DNA of 64,000 bases, taken from Azolla caroliniana (Eukaryota; Plantae; Polypodiophyta). This document shows, piece after piece, positions 25,479 to 38,800 of the stretch. Each line of letters starts with the position of its first letter. Positions within the stretch are counted from its first letter, which is position 1. The stretch lies in the NCBI GenBank assembly GCA_043228905.1, contig JBHGNT010000008.1, positions 6,510,001-6,574,000 on the forward strand. Reading direction: 5' to 3'. Made by a program: the position numbers and the translations under genes. The notes below the pieces were generated by a model. The model was not told the origin of the DNA and did not search any database. It was given only the letters and a program-made list of their open reading frames with translations.

Positions 25479-25552
25479 GGAGGGCAAGTAAGGATTCGAA
25501 CCTTGCACCTCCGAGTTAAGAGTCAATTGGCTTACCATTAAGCCATGCTATT
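25479..25552 (-). promoter_or_regulatory. Degenerate tRNA-like module in LTR of C
   Basis: TGGCTTAATGGTAAGCCA-ATTGACTCTTAACTCGGAGGTGCAAGGTTCGAATCC. Confidence 0.65.
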
Positions 25553-26016
25553 TAGTTGAATTTATATTCCTATCATTATAATTTTACATGTAAATTCTCA
25601 TACATGAGAGCTAAAATGAGTGACATGGTTATCATGCACCACATATAATACATAAGCGCCAAATGGCAAACATGCATTTTATGCATGTCTTGTACCCTCA
25701 CATGCATCATATGCATGAGGGCATCTATAAAAGAAGGAAGGGGGAGGAGAAAAAACACAGTTTTTTTTTATGAAATTAAGAAGAAGAAATTCGTTATCGA
25801 ATTGATCGTGTAACTTGTTTCTTAAATCTAAAGATAAAAGTTCAATCAATCTCTCTCAATCGTTTAATCTCAACTTCTCTCTTTCCCAATCTATCTTAAG
25901 TACTTTCTCGCTAAAGCTTGCGCCAAAGCTTGTACCAACTTTGAATCCTTCCGGTCCAGAACCCCGACGGTTCCGCCTCACAATCCGCACATAGTGACGG
26001 ATCTTCACGACAACGC

Positions 26017-27700
26017 GCAAGGAGAAAGGGAAGAAAAATATGTCAAAGTACGATTTTGACAATGCTGAGTCAGATCAGAGTGAGTCTAACTATGGGCAAA
26101 TTGAAACAGAAGAGGTCAACATTAGCCGAAAAGGTCGTGAAATCGGGTAATCACGAATTACGCCAATCTACCCGCATGAAGAACCCCGTAAAGAGATATG
26201 GGTATAATGAGTACATGGCGCACCATTACACGTACATGACACAAGTGGCGGAAGTGCGTGAGCCGGAGAGCTACGTAGAAGCGGCGAAAGACGCAAACTG
26301 GCGTGCCATGATGGAGGAAGAGATGCACTCTTTGATTGATAATGAGACTTTGGACCTGGTTGACGTACCGAAGGGTGTAAAATCGATCATATGTAGGTGG
26401 GTGTATAAAGTGAAATACAACACCGACGGCTCAATCAATAGATACAAGGCTCGTTTAGTTGCGAAAGGCTACGCGTAGAAGCACGGCGTGGAGTACGACG
26501 AGACCTTCACGCCTGTCATGAAGATGACTACCGTGTGTGTTTTGCTAGTCGTAGTTGCGGCGAAGGGGTAACACTTACATCAGATGGAGGTAAAGAACGC
26601 ATTCCTACAAGGTGATCTCGAGGAACAGGTGTACATGGTACAACCCCCCGGATTTCTATTTGAACAAAACACCTCGGTAATTTGCCAACTGAGGAAGTCA
26701 CTCTACAGACTTAAGCAAGCCCCACGAGCTTGGAACGCGAAGATTACGCAACAGTTGTGTAGGATGGGGTTTACGACGTCGAAATCAGACTCTTCAGTAT
26801 TTGTTCGGCAAGGTCAATATGGACCGGTAAGTCTTCTACTTTATGTTGATGATTTAATCATCGTCGGGACCAACTTGGACGAAATCTGCCGCATAAAGCT
26901 CAGCTTGCGGCATCATTCGAAATGAAGGATCTTGGAGACCTTCATTACTTCCTCGGGATCGAAGTGATCTGCACCCCCTAAGGCATATTGATCAACCAAC
27001 GTGATTACGTGCTGAATATGCTCTTCAAGTTTGGGATGGTAGACTCATATATTTGACGATCACCAGGCCGGACCTCAATTACCTGGTCGGACTGATCAGT
27101 CAATTCATGTCGCAGCCTATGGTCGAACACTTTCAATGTGCACAAAGGATATTGCGATATGTCGATTGGGCCGGAAATGCCCACGATCATAGATCCACAT
27201 CTGGATATGCCTTCTCATTTGGAAGTGCGGCGATCGCGTGGAGCAGTAAGAAGCAACCGACAATAGCATTGTCGAGCACGGAGGCCACATATCGAGCGGC
27301 GATTGTCGCTACGTGCAAAGTCATTTGGTTGATACGGGATCTGCATGTGGAGGTGTCTGATCCGACGACAATCTATTACGACAACCTCAGTAGTGTCCAC
27401 CTTGTGAAAAACCCCGTATTTCATGCCTAGACCAAGCACATTGAGGTGCACTATCACTTTGTTCATGAGCGGGTCCTTTCAAGTGAAGTCAAACTGGTGT
27501 ATGTTCTGACAGATCGGTAGGTTGCCGACATCTTCACCAAGCCCCTTGGTCTCGACAAGTTGCGGCATTTCTCGAGTGAGCTTGGGCTGCATCACCTCGA
27601 CACGCCAAACTTGAGGGGGAGAAAGGAAGAACAGGAACAAGAGCGTAGAAGGAGCGGAATTGACCGTGACGTGGAGTCAGATGAGGAATTCGATTTTGGG
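26017..27700 (+). pseudogene. pol: Copia G (A/B-related) RT-RNase H remnant
   Basis: [34 protein letters not shown]; TTGAGGGGGAG at 27611. Confidence 0.88.
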
Positions 27701-27930
27701 ACCGCACATGGTCGCTCACACTTGTTGGTGTTTCAGTTCCCCGTGCGGACCGCACATGGTTGCTCACGCCCATTGGTGTTCATTTCTCCGGTGAGCACCG
27801 CCCATGGTCGCTCACACCCGTTGGTGTTTGTGTCTCCAATGAGGACCACACATGGTCGCTCACCCCCATTGGTGTTCGTGTCTCCGATGAGGACCGCACA
27901 TGGTCGCTCACACCCATTGGTGCTCCAATT
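27699..27930. repeat. 48-bp tandem repeat, 5 copies (degenerate extra copy ~28228)
   Basis: ACCGCACATGGT-like unit at 27701, 27749, 27797, 27845, 27893. Confidence 0.9.
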
Positions 27931-28759
27931 CTTGTTCACCCCTACACCACATTTCGCTCCACTTTACTTTAATAAGGATCAATTTCGATCTCTCACCTTC
28001 TAGCTCTAGCGGGGGTCCCAACTGCTCACTTTCCTGGTGGGGATCGCGTCGATTTCTCGCTAGCGCTACCGTTTGTGCTGTGTTTTGAGCCAACCTCGAC
28101 TATTTACCCTCTCATGATAGAAGAAGTCGAGTTGACCACTTCACATGCACTCCTTCGTTCATTGTTTCGTTCTTGGTGAGGGCTGCATGGTCGGTCATGT
28201 TCGTTTATGTTCCAGTTCTCAACAAGGACCGCATGGTCACTCACTCCCGTTCGTGTTCCAGTTCTCGGTGAGGACCACTTGGTTGCTCATGGGACTTTCA
28301 TGGACACACCAACCACGAACTCAGACGGAGCACAGATGGTGGGGCTACAAACTAGAAGTGACAAGGTTAGGAACTCTAGAAATAGTGAGTGAAATGATAT
28401 CATGAAGACAGAAATGAAGAAGGAGACAAGATGGAATGAAACGAGAATACGAGATTGATGTGTCAATAACTGGTGTTGAATCCCTTGGAAGGGGCCAAGG
28501 AGGTTACAAGTATTTATACAAGTTTCGAGATTGAATATCTCCAGAATATACTCGAGAAATATCTCTAGAATATACCCGTCTAGAATATACCATACAATAT
28601 TTCTAGAATATACTAACAACTAAAATATTCCGATTCTGAAATGTATTGTATGCTAGACTATGCAATACTAAACTATTACATACAAATACATGCTCATATC
28701 AAAATGGTTGAGCATGACATGTTGTTGATGTGAGGTTGCAGGTTGCCGTAATTTGGCTT

Positions 28760-31180
28760 ACTACTTGTCCATAATTCCTAGAGGTCTCCTTGGCGACATA
28801 TTGATGATTTAGATTTTCGGTTGTGCGGCATACACCCTCATACCGAAGGACGATCGATGAAAACTCAAACCGAGGTCCAAGAAATTTATTTTCCTTGGCT
28901 ATGGACCTAACAACAAGATCAGATATCGACTCTAGGACCCTGAGCATAGGAAAATCGTCCAAAGTTTGGACATCGTGTTCAACGAGTCGGCTATGCATAA
29001 GATGCATAAGGGTAACTTTTTCCAAAGTGCCAGCCCTTCATGACGGCCCGAATCATAACACAAGGTTGCCTTCATGGGTAGCCAAATCCTCTAGCACTGA
29101 TTCAGCTTTGACGGATTCGGCACAACCAATGTTTCAGCTTTAGACCACCCAACTTAGACACTCAATCGGGCTAGCCCAGTCATATCAAGGAGATATGAAA
29201 GACTGTCACAGTCTCTGAAGAGTTACTCTCCTAGTATCTTCTTCACGGATGCCGACGAGCCGACATCATACGAAGAAGCATGGCATCTAGCGATGGAGTC
29301 AGAGATGAACTCCATTCAACAAAACAGGACTTGGGACTTGGTCTCACTCCCAAAAAATCGATGTGCTCCTCCATGCAAGTGGGTCTATAGACTAAAAGTG
29401 ATTAGTAGTGGAAGGGTTTCGACAAGAATATGGTGTCGATTTCGATGAAATCTTTTCACCAGTGGTGAAAATGATGACCCTTTGTTTTATGCTTAGCATC
29501 GTGGCAGCCGAGAACTTGAATCTGATTTAGCTATATGTAAAAACAACATACCTCCATGGTGACCTAGAGGAGGTAATTTATACGAAGCAACCGAAAAGCT
29601 TCGTGGTGTCCGGCCAGGAACATCTAGTCTGTTGACTCAAAAAGAGTCTATATGACAGTGGTATAAGAAGTTTGACAACTTCATCCAATCGATCGTCTTC
29701 TTCAAGAATGATGAGGACCACTACATCCTCACCAAAACAACTGAAGATGGGTCACCCATCTCCCTCATCATTTACGTGGACGACATGCTACTCTTTGGCC
29801 AATGCACCGAAGAGTGACCCAAACTTGTTTGGCAACTGCAGTAGACGTTTGCCATGAAGGACCTTTGTCTGCCAAGACGCATTCTGGGGATGAAGATAAG
29901 CCAAATTCGAAATCTACGACAATTGTTTCTGTCTCAAGGTAACTATATTGGACGTGTCTTAGAATGCTTCAACATGCAATCGGCAAAATCTGCTTCGACC
30001 CCGCTCCCAATTAGTCTTCGGTTGTCTCAGCGAGATTGCCCAACATATGCACCGACAATCGGCTCCTTGATGTACACAATGGTCGTGACACAACTTGACA
30101 TTGCTCATGCCATAGGAGTCATCAGCAAATTTATGCACAATCCGGGTCGATCTCTTTGGACCGTAGTAAAGCACGTGTTTAGATACCTAGTGGGCACAAA
30201 AAACTATGGCATCTTATTTGGCCCGAACGATACTTCAGACGTAGTCAGTTATATGTACTGACTCGAACATTACTAGCTATGTTGAAAGTCAAAAATAAAT
30301 AACCAGATACTGCTTTAAATTCTCAATGGAGCAATCTCATGGAAGTCGAAACTTCAAGAGTGCACTGCTACATCAACGACCGAGGCCGAACATGTAACCA
30401 TGTCCGACATGGTGAAAGAGGCCTTGTGACTCCCACTCGGTTCTAGTTGTCTATAGTGACAGTCAAGATGTTGTTGCTTTGTGTACAAATCCGGTTCAAC
30501 ACAACTCCTCGAAGCATATAGACGTGAGATATCACTTTGTTCGGGACTGCATCATTTCAAGAAAGATTGGCCTTGACAAGATATCTACAGTTGTTCCTTT
30601 CAGTATCATATGGGCATAACGAAGAAATAGTTTGATTGAGTTAGAAACTTAGGATGGTTTCGGACACGCAACATCAACAGTTCGAGACTCAGCCTTAGCT
30701 CTTCCAGCCCCGGCTGACCCGACCTTCTGTTCTTGGATTTTGCCGACTCGGACAAAGCCGACTTGTCCGACAACCTTGTATAAATTTGTAACTTTTTCTA
30801 TTCTCTTTTTATAGGTTTTTGTTGTATACGCAAGTTAATGGACAAGTCGATATGAAGATTTATACAGGTATATAATGGTTGTATTCGACAAATTTACCGG
30901 GGAGTGTCGAATACAGGTATATAATGGTCGTATTCACATTGTCCCATTGGACACACTAGGTTTAGGCTATTTCTGTAAATAGTGCAAAGGGCAATTGCCC
31001 TAAGTTAGTCAGTATTTAAATTGACTTTTGTAACCTAGTTTTCGTGTTCATTTCGTTGTTGCAATTGTAACTCTCTAAGAGAATACTACAATTACATACT
31101 ATTGTTCCTACTTTGGTGTACACATTTTCTCTATCTTTCTTGTTGATCTTGTCTTATGATTCAATTTTCTTGTGTTGTCA
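28760..31180 (+). mobile_element. Highly decayed copia L (IN end, RT, RH, candidate 3' LTR from 30905)
   Basis: CKWVY, YVDDML, MKDL, ISWKSKLQEC, KHIDVRYHFVR in broken frames; GGGGAG followed by TGTCG at 30905. Confidence 0.75.
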
Positions 31181-32050
31181 ATATGTTTCTTTGTATTCAC
31201 TAAAGATCTTCATATTGAAGAGTGTTGAGTTTGTTTCGCATCCTGACGGCTGACTACAACAATACCTCCATAAGAATGCCCACAATGAGGTTCTATGTTG
31301 ATGCATACTTGACCATGATGTGTCACATTCCTTGAAACACATTGTTGTCATGATGTGAGGAGCACACATGAGGAAATATGTTAAACCTAAATATATATAA
31401 AAGATCGAAGGGCAAGGAAGGAGTACAGAAAGTAGTCATGGGATAAGATGAAGTCAAAGATATTAAAAAGATATAGTTCAATTGTCCAGAACTTACACTA
31501 GGCGTGGGAGGTTAGGGGTTGGGGTCTTGTTTGAAATATTAAAGGTCAAGCAGATGTCAATTGGATGAAGAAGAAAAGTGTGGAAGTGTATGGTCAAATA
31601 AATGCGGAAGAGTGTATGAAGACCTGCAAGATAAAATGTGTCCAACAAACACAAATATGCAACAAGAAGAGGAAGAAAGATACACGATGGACACCGATTA
31701 AGCTTCAATGGAAATTCTCTCTTGTTCTCTTCTCTGTAACTCTTTTTCTTCTCGGAATGAATCGGAGATCTGTGAAGAAGATATGCAGAAGTTGAATAGA
31801 CAGAACGTGAAAACAACAAAATGGACAAATACACAGTGCACAGAGTTTCACGTGGAAACCCTAAAGGGGAAAAACCACGGGAGAACAGATCTTCCACTAT
31901 ACAACACAGAATACAAGGAATGCTTACAACTCTTCTCTGATGCTTAGAGGATAACTAGTTAGGGTTCTTCGCAAGTTCGCTAAACTTTGTTGCCGCTCTC
32001 TCCCACGCACTCTCTACTCTACACAACCCTTTTCTATGTTCTACACTTTA

Positions 32051-35000
32051 TGTTAAGAATTAGGTAAGTAATTAAGTAAGGGTTAATTAGTACCTAATTA
32101 TGTGATTAATTGATAAGCGGAAGATTAAGTGATATGTGTGTGTATGTATGAGAGGGGAAGAGAGAGAGAGAGAGAGAGATACACTTATGAACAACACAAG
32201 ATGGGGGATGAGTAAGTATATTAAATTAGCATTATCATCATCAAATACAAAAATACCATCAATGAGGTATATATAGATCTCATGTGCAAGGGTGCACATG
32301 TGTGAGGAGAATATAGGTACAACCATGTAAGTCCTATATTAAATGACCTTGGGAGTGGAGGATCTAGAATATCCTACTTAAGTACAAGGTCCTATTTAAG
32401 TCGTTATAGTCAAGACTTCTAACGAGATTCTATCTAAGTAACTATGAAGTTACATGGTTGACTAACTACCTAAACTAAGTTGAGCTTGATCTCTCAACAC
32501 GCCCCCTAAAGCTCAAGTGTGAGGCGTCTGACATCCGCTTTGGCTTTTGTCGGCTTCGTGTGCTTCCGTCCGGCCTTCGGCTTTCTTCGTCGTGGCAATC
32601 TCGGTTCCTCCCCCTCAAGCCAGTCATGAAGGCTTGTAGTGTGTGGGCGAATGTCGACTACTTCCACCCATCGTGGGTTACGAGCCGCTTCGATGGAGTT
32701 TTTGCGCTCTTGTTCGGCCGCTACCTTCATCCCGAAGGCGTAATGATGGGCCATGTACTCGTTGTAGCCATGCCGAGTGATGGGGTTTTTAGCTCTAGAT
32801 GAACGTCGAAGTTTTTCGCTCGTCGATGTGAGCGCCTTCTTTACTCCGGGTGTCCGCATGATGGGTTGTGAGGGAGACGACACATCCGAATCACTGTTGT
32901 CGGGGTGATCGACTTCGTATTCAGGCATCTTACCTTTGCCTTTGTCCAAGTTCGTACTTGGCCGCGACGTGCTTGGCTCGCGTGGGGGCTCTTGTGGCCC
33001 ATTAGGCTTTGTCGTAATCAGACTTTCTTCGAACATGTGTTCGAAGTGATCTCCATCTTCTACCTCTTGTTCTGCTGATTCCGGGTCGACCGGAGTTGAA
33101 GTCGAAGTTGTCTCTAGTGCGTACCAGGATGCGGACTTGTCCAAGACTACGTCTCGACTTACCCGATCCGCTCCGGTAGAAGGGTTGTAGCACTTGTATG
33201 CCTTCTTCTCGGACGAGTATCCTATGAGGATACATTCCTCCGACTTCGCATCGGGCTTTTGTCGTTGTTCGTTCAAGATGCGTACATTGGCAATGCTTCT
33301 GAACACCTTGAGGGTGCGACAGGATCGGCTTCCTTCCAACGAGGAGCTCGTATGGAGTTAGCTCATGCACTCCATTAGTGGTGCATCGATTCATGAAATA
33401 GACGGTTGTGGATGCCGATTCGGCCCAATAGAAATTTGGCATGTGCTTCTCATGCATCATGGCGCGTGCTACCTCGAGTATTTGCCGATTTTTCCTTTCG
33501 GCGACTCCATTTTGTTGGGGTGTGTGTTAGCATGAGAAATCTCTACGAATGCCTTCACTTTGGAGGTAGGAGGTGAATTCTTCAGAGAAGTACTCCTTTC
33601 CTCCATCCGATCGTAGGCATCAAATGTGCCGACTGGTTTCTTTTTCGACTTGGCCCTTGAGCTTTTGGAAGTGGGATAGCATTTCACTTTTCTTCTTCAT
33701 CGGGTACATCCACGCATAGCGTGAGTAGTTGTTGATGAAGGTTACGTAGTATCGGCATCCGCCGATCGTCGACGTTTGAGCCGGTCCCCATACATCCGAG
33801 TGTATGACGTCGAGGAGGCCTTTGCTTGCAGAGCTCTCCTTCGGGAATGGGAGTCGATGTTGTTTTCCGAGTTGACATGCTTCACATACTTGGTCGACTC
33901 ATTTCGACTTGAATGTCAAAAGTCCGATGACGACTCCCTTTGATTGCATAGCTCGGAGCAGTTGGAGGTTTATGTGGCCGATTCTCTTGTGCCACAACTC
34001 GATGCTTGTCTCCGTTTTGAGACCTTTAGCATACATTGCGGATTTCACCTCGTTCGAATCGAGGATGAACATTCGGCCATCTCTCCGCCCCTTCGCTATG
34101 AGTTGGCCATCTTTCTCGATGAAGCATCCTTCGTTGTTGAAGCAGACTTGCATGCCTTGCTCCATGATTTGGCCGACCGAGACCAAATTCTTCGTTATTG
34201 TGGGCACGTGCAAGTGTTCTTGCCATCGTTGCCGAATGGAACGTTGCCAATGTGCTGAATGGGATGCATGGTGTCGTCTCCCGTCTCTATGTAGCCGGGT
34301 CGATCCGGTGTAAGACAGTCATTGAACCACTCTTTGTGGGATGTCATGTGATGTGAGGCGCCGGAATCGACGAACCACACGTCTTCCGAATTGGAGGTGC
34401 TTGCGGAGTCGGACGCCGTCATAGAGTTCGCTCTATGCCTCATTCCGAATAGTCCGTCGTAGTCGTCGTATTTGTAGTTGGCGCCATAATTCGTGGGTTG
34501 TCGACTTGTTGATGCCAACTCACTTCTCTTTTTCTGACACTCCTCCTCGTAGTGGCCAATTTTGCCACAATAATGGCAAGTTGCGGGCCTCATTTGCCGA
34601 CCATGTTCGGCGTGGAAGCTCCCCCTTCTTCCAAAGGTTCCTTCCGACGTCTTCGTATTGGTTCAAACATGGTTCTCTTTAACCATTAACATTGATTGAA
34701 GGTCGAAAAACGAAGGAGGGTTTTCCCTCGCCAAGATTGTCATCCTCAACGAGTCGAATCATTGTGTGAGGCCGCCCAAGAATACTTGAACCCTCTTGTC
34801 TTCGTCGATGTTTATTTTGATGGAGCCAAGCGAGTCGCAAATGCTCTTGATCTTGGTGGTGTAGTCTAACACAGACATGTCTTTTTGTCGAATGTTGTTC
34901 AACTCTTGTCGGAGTGAAGCTTTCGAGCGGTTGTGTTGGCAGCGAACATTTTCTTTAAGTTCTCCCACGCCTCTTTGGGTGTCTTGGCATCTCGAATGTG

Positions 35001-35508
35001 GCTAAGCATGTGGTCGTGGACACATGTTGCCAAGCAATACATGACTCGACTCATCACTTGCTCCCATGTTGTGTAGTCAACGTTCTTTGAGTCGGGTTGA
35101 TTTTCTTGTGCGTTGTTGATGTAGCTCCAATATCCTTGGCTAACAAGGTATTGGGTCATCTTGTACTCCCAAGATGAATAATTGCTCCGGTCTAGCTTTT
35201 CATTAGGGAGTGAGCTACCCATTTTTGTGTTCATGTTAATTAGTGTCTTCTCCTTTTGCTTTTTTTCTTTCGATCACGTATACATGCTACGTAGCGGCAC
35301 TACGATAGCGGATAACTGGAATTTGTCGTCAACGTTTCGAACACACAATTATGAAGAGGAAGATGGGTTTAGTGGATGTTCTAAACCACACGCTCTGATA
35401 CCATGTTAGGAATTAGGTAAGTAATTAAGCAATGGTTAATTAGTATCTAATTATGTGATTAGTTGATAAGTGAAAGATTAAGTGATATATGTGTGTATGT
35501 GTGTGAGA

Positions 35509-35558
<50 letters not shown>

Positions 35559-35883
35559 GTTAACACTTATAAACAACACAAGATAGGGGATGAGTAACTA
35601 TATATTAAATTAGCATCAACATCATCAAATACAAAAATACCTACAATGAGGTATATATAGATCTCATGTGCAAGGGTGCACATGTGTGAGAAGAATATAG
35701 GTACAACCGTGTAAGTCCTATATTAAATGACCTTGGGAGTGGAGGATCTAGAATATCCTACTTAAGTACAAGGTCCTATTTAAGTCGTTATAGTCAACAC
35801 TTCTAACTAGATTCTATCTAGGTAACTACGAAGTTACATGGTTGACTAACTAACTAAACTAAGTTGAGCTTGATCTCTCAACA
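32051..35883 (-). mobile_element. Copia H (A/B-related): gag-PR-IN present, RT/RH deleted
   Basis: LTRs 32051-32499 and 35404-35883; TSD CTTTA; PBS tRNAi-Met 35392-35403; KLDRSNYSSW, CHYCGKIGHYEEEC, WFVDSGASHHM, LWHKRIGH. Confidence 0.93.
35511..35555. repeat. (GA)n microsatellite in H LTR, longer than in the partner LTR
   Basis: Direct reading; compare 32160-32179. Confidence 0.9.
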
Positions 35884-38800
35884 CTTTATTATTCTCTTTC
35901 CCTACTATATTTTCCATATGTGCCTTTATACTTATACATTGTATGGGCTATTTACAAATGTAGCCTCTATTATTATCAACTACCATTATAAATTAATAAC
36001 AGTAGAAGTTAATCAACCGATTGGTTGATTAGTCAGTTCGACTAGCCGACTCCTATGTCAATTGTCCATTCAGCCCGACTAGTTGGCTTTGCCTTCGACC
36101 ATCCAGTCGGCCCAACTAGTCGGTCATGTCTTCAACCTGGATCACTCACTACCATCTCTCCTAATCGACTCTTCATGTCGATTCTCCATGTCTTCGATTG
36201 TCAGCTCTCAGTCTAAATAGTTGTCTACTCCCATATGAGGGACATATTCCTAACATTTCTCTCCAAGACACTCTTTACAATGTTAGGGTTGAGCTTATAT
36301 ACTCAAGCCCTAACTTAAGGGTGTGTTCACACTTAGGATACAAAGTGGGAGGAGTTGGCCTTTTATGCCAACAAACTCCCCCGTAAAAGGGCTACTCTTT
36401 CCTATGTGTACAATTGATTTCGGGGTTATCTGCCCCGTAAACCTAGATTACAAATCTAATCTACAGTTACAAGTATACATACAAGACTGTCGGCATTTGG
36501 CCGAATTTGTAAAGGTAAAGTCGGGCTCTAGCCTTATTCGGCTAGTTATCCGGATCGCATGTCATCCGGATCGGCTTGTTTGAGTTGGTTGAATTGACTG
36601 GTTCGGGTAGACTTGCATCCAAGTTGACCCTTCGTGCTAATTGGCTCTAGACTTGTCCAAGTCCAACTCTCGGCATCTAGCTGATCGTTTTCTTCCCGTA
36701 TGCGCTTGTTCTTGTGCTCCTCGGTGAATCTTTGATCTGTCTTTGGGTTCATTAGCCCCGTGATCGTTGCCTCTCCAATCGATATCCTCACTCAATGTTG
36801 CATCTTCAGCCTCTTGGCATTCCAAGTCTTTTGATTTTGTCTTTTCCACTCAGTCGGTCTTTGACTTTCCTTCTGCTATTGTTTGTTTGACTCTCTTTTG
36901 CTCGGTCACTTCTCATAGTCCCATCATTGACCTCAATGCTCCAAAGCGTTGATTTGGGAGTGGATTCGTCAAGAAATCAACGATGTTCACCTTGGTGTCG
37001 ATCTTCCGGACTTCGAGTTTCTTCTCTATTACGAGCTCCCGGATATGATGAAATTGTACCTCAATGTGTTTTGTCTTTGCATGATAGACTAGATTGAGAG
37101 TCACAATATATGGTCAGCGCTGGATGGTTGATTTGTCTTGTCGCCGAGAAGTCGGCTGAGAGTCGATGCAACCAGATGCCTTCCTTCTCTGCCTCTGATG
37201 CTGCTATGTACTCAACCTTTGTGGTAGAAAGGGCCGTGCACTCTTGAAGCATTGACCTCCATGATATGGCGTCGCCTCCATAGGTGAAAAGATAGCCTAA
37301 TGTCGACTTCCGATTATCTGTATTTTCGGCATAGTCGAAGTCGGTATAGCCTTCAACTTCGGCTAACATGCCAATGTAGACCAAACTCCTTTTGAGATCG
37401 GGTACATGCCGGACTTGGTGTAGGATAGTTGTGTTTCCGTTTGGCAATCGAATTGGTACTTCGCTAATTCCATCGATTTTGCACTCGTGCCCATTGCCGA
37501 GACGGGCAGTGTTAGCTCCGGCCAAATAGTTCGAAAACCATTAGATATTTGGGGTCACATGAAATGTGGCACCAGAGTCTAGTAGCCACATTCGTGCATC
37601 TTGTGCACTATAGAGGACTTCACTGGTTGATGATTCCTCCAGGGGGAGGATTTCTTCCGACCAAGATTCGACAACATTGATTTGGTTGTTGGTTGGAGAA
37701 CGGTTCGAATAAGATTGTCCTTGTGTTCGATCGAATTGCTAACCATTCTCCTTTCTCTTTATGAACCAAGAATCAGAGACTTTGTGACCAGTCTTTCTGC
37801 AGTGAGTGCAGAAAGCACTTGATCGACTATTCCTCGACTGCGACTACTATCGGTCTTCCCTCCTCCTCAGTCCATTGGCATTTTGACCGGTTATTTTGGC
37901 TTGTCCTCTCGATTGACTGGTTTGTCTAATCGACTCGGTCGAGTAGTGGGATTCTACCGATTCATCAATGGTTAGTCCCATTGATTTTCGCTGAATGTCC
38001 TCAGTAAGGACTTGGCTGATTGTTTCATCCAAGTTTAGCTTTGGGCAGCTGTTGGTGAATGTTGTATAGAATACCTCCCAAATCCCCAGCAAGCTCGAAA
38101 GGAGGGCAAGGGCTTTAACTTCTTCTTCGAAGTTGATCCCTTGGGAAGAGAGTTGAGACAACACCCGACTGAAGGTGTTGATGTGGGAGGTTACTGGATT
38201 TGTCTCTTTCATCTTCATGTTGAATAATTGTCGGATTAGTATGAACTTTGAAGAGGAGGACTTTTCTCGTACATAGCCTATAACTTTTGCCACAAAGAGA
38301 ACGTTGTTGTCTCCTTGGCCATGCTGAAATAGATGTTCTTGGCTAGATGCATTTGAATGGCCAACCTAGTTATCTCGTCCAGTGAACACCATTCTTCTGT
38401 TGTCATCAAGGCTAGTTTGTTGTTGTGTCATATAGCCTCGATTTGGCGTTGGATGATGAGTACATCCTGCATCATCTCATTCTATAGGGAGAAGTTCTTC
38501 TCCCATCGAAATTCCAGATTTCCACATTCCTGTCGGACTGTGTTGCCATTTTCTGGAAATTAGATTTTGTTGGCCTGGTCTTTTCTTTGAGCTGGATAAC
38601 TCCTCTTCTTAGTATTTTCTACTTTTCGTTGCCACTAGACAAGAATGTTGCTCTAATACCACTTGTGGAAGTGTACGGTCAGATAAATGCGAAAGAGTGT
38701 ATGACGACCTGCAAGATAAAATGTGTCCAATAAACAACACAGATATGCAACAAGAAGAGGAAGAAAGATAGACGATGGACACAGATTAAGCTTCAATGGA

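Larger units (their letters stand above)
20696..26012 (+). mobile_element. Gypsy element C (same family as D); gag and most of PR deleted
   Basis: 5' LTR 20696-~21209 fused to PR end; 3' LTR 24837-26012; ends TGT(T/C)GTGAAGAT..ATCTTCACGACA; 4-bp TSD ACGC 20692-20695 and 26013-26016; PPT GGTGGGGGTGGA. Confidence 0.93.

Noticed and set aside
27699-27930. CRISPR-like array (also 1597-1775, 46135-46370)
   Set aside because: Contiguous tandem units without unique spacers; no cas genes; eukaryotic retroelement context
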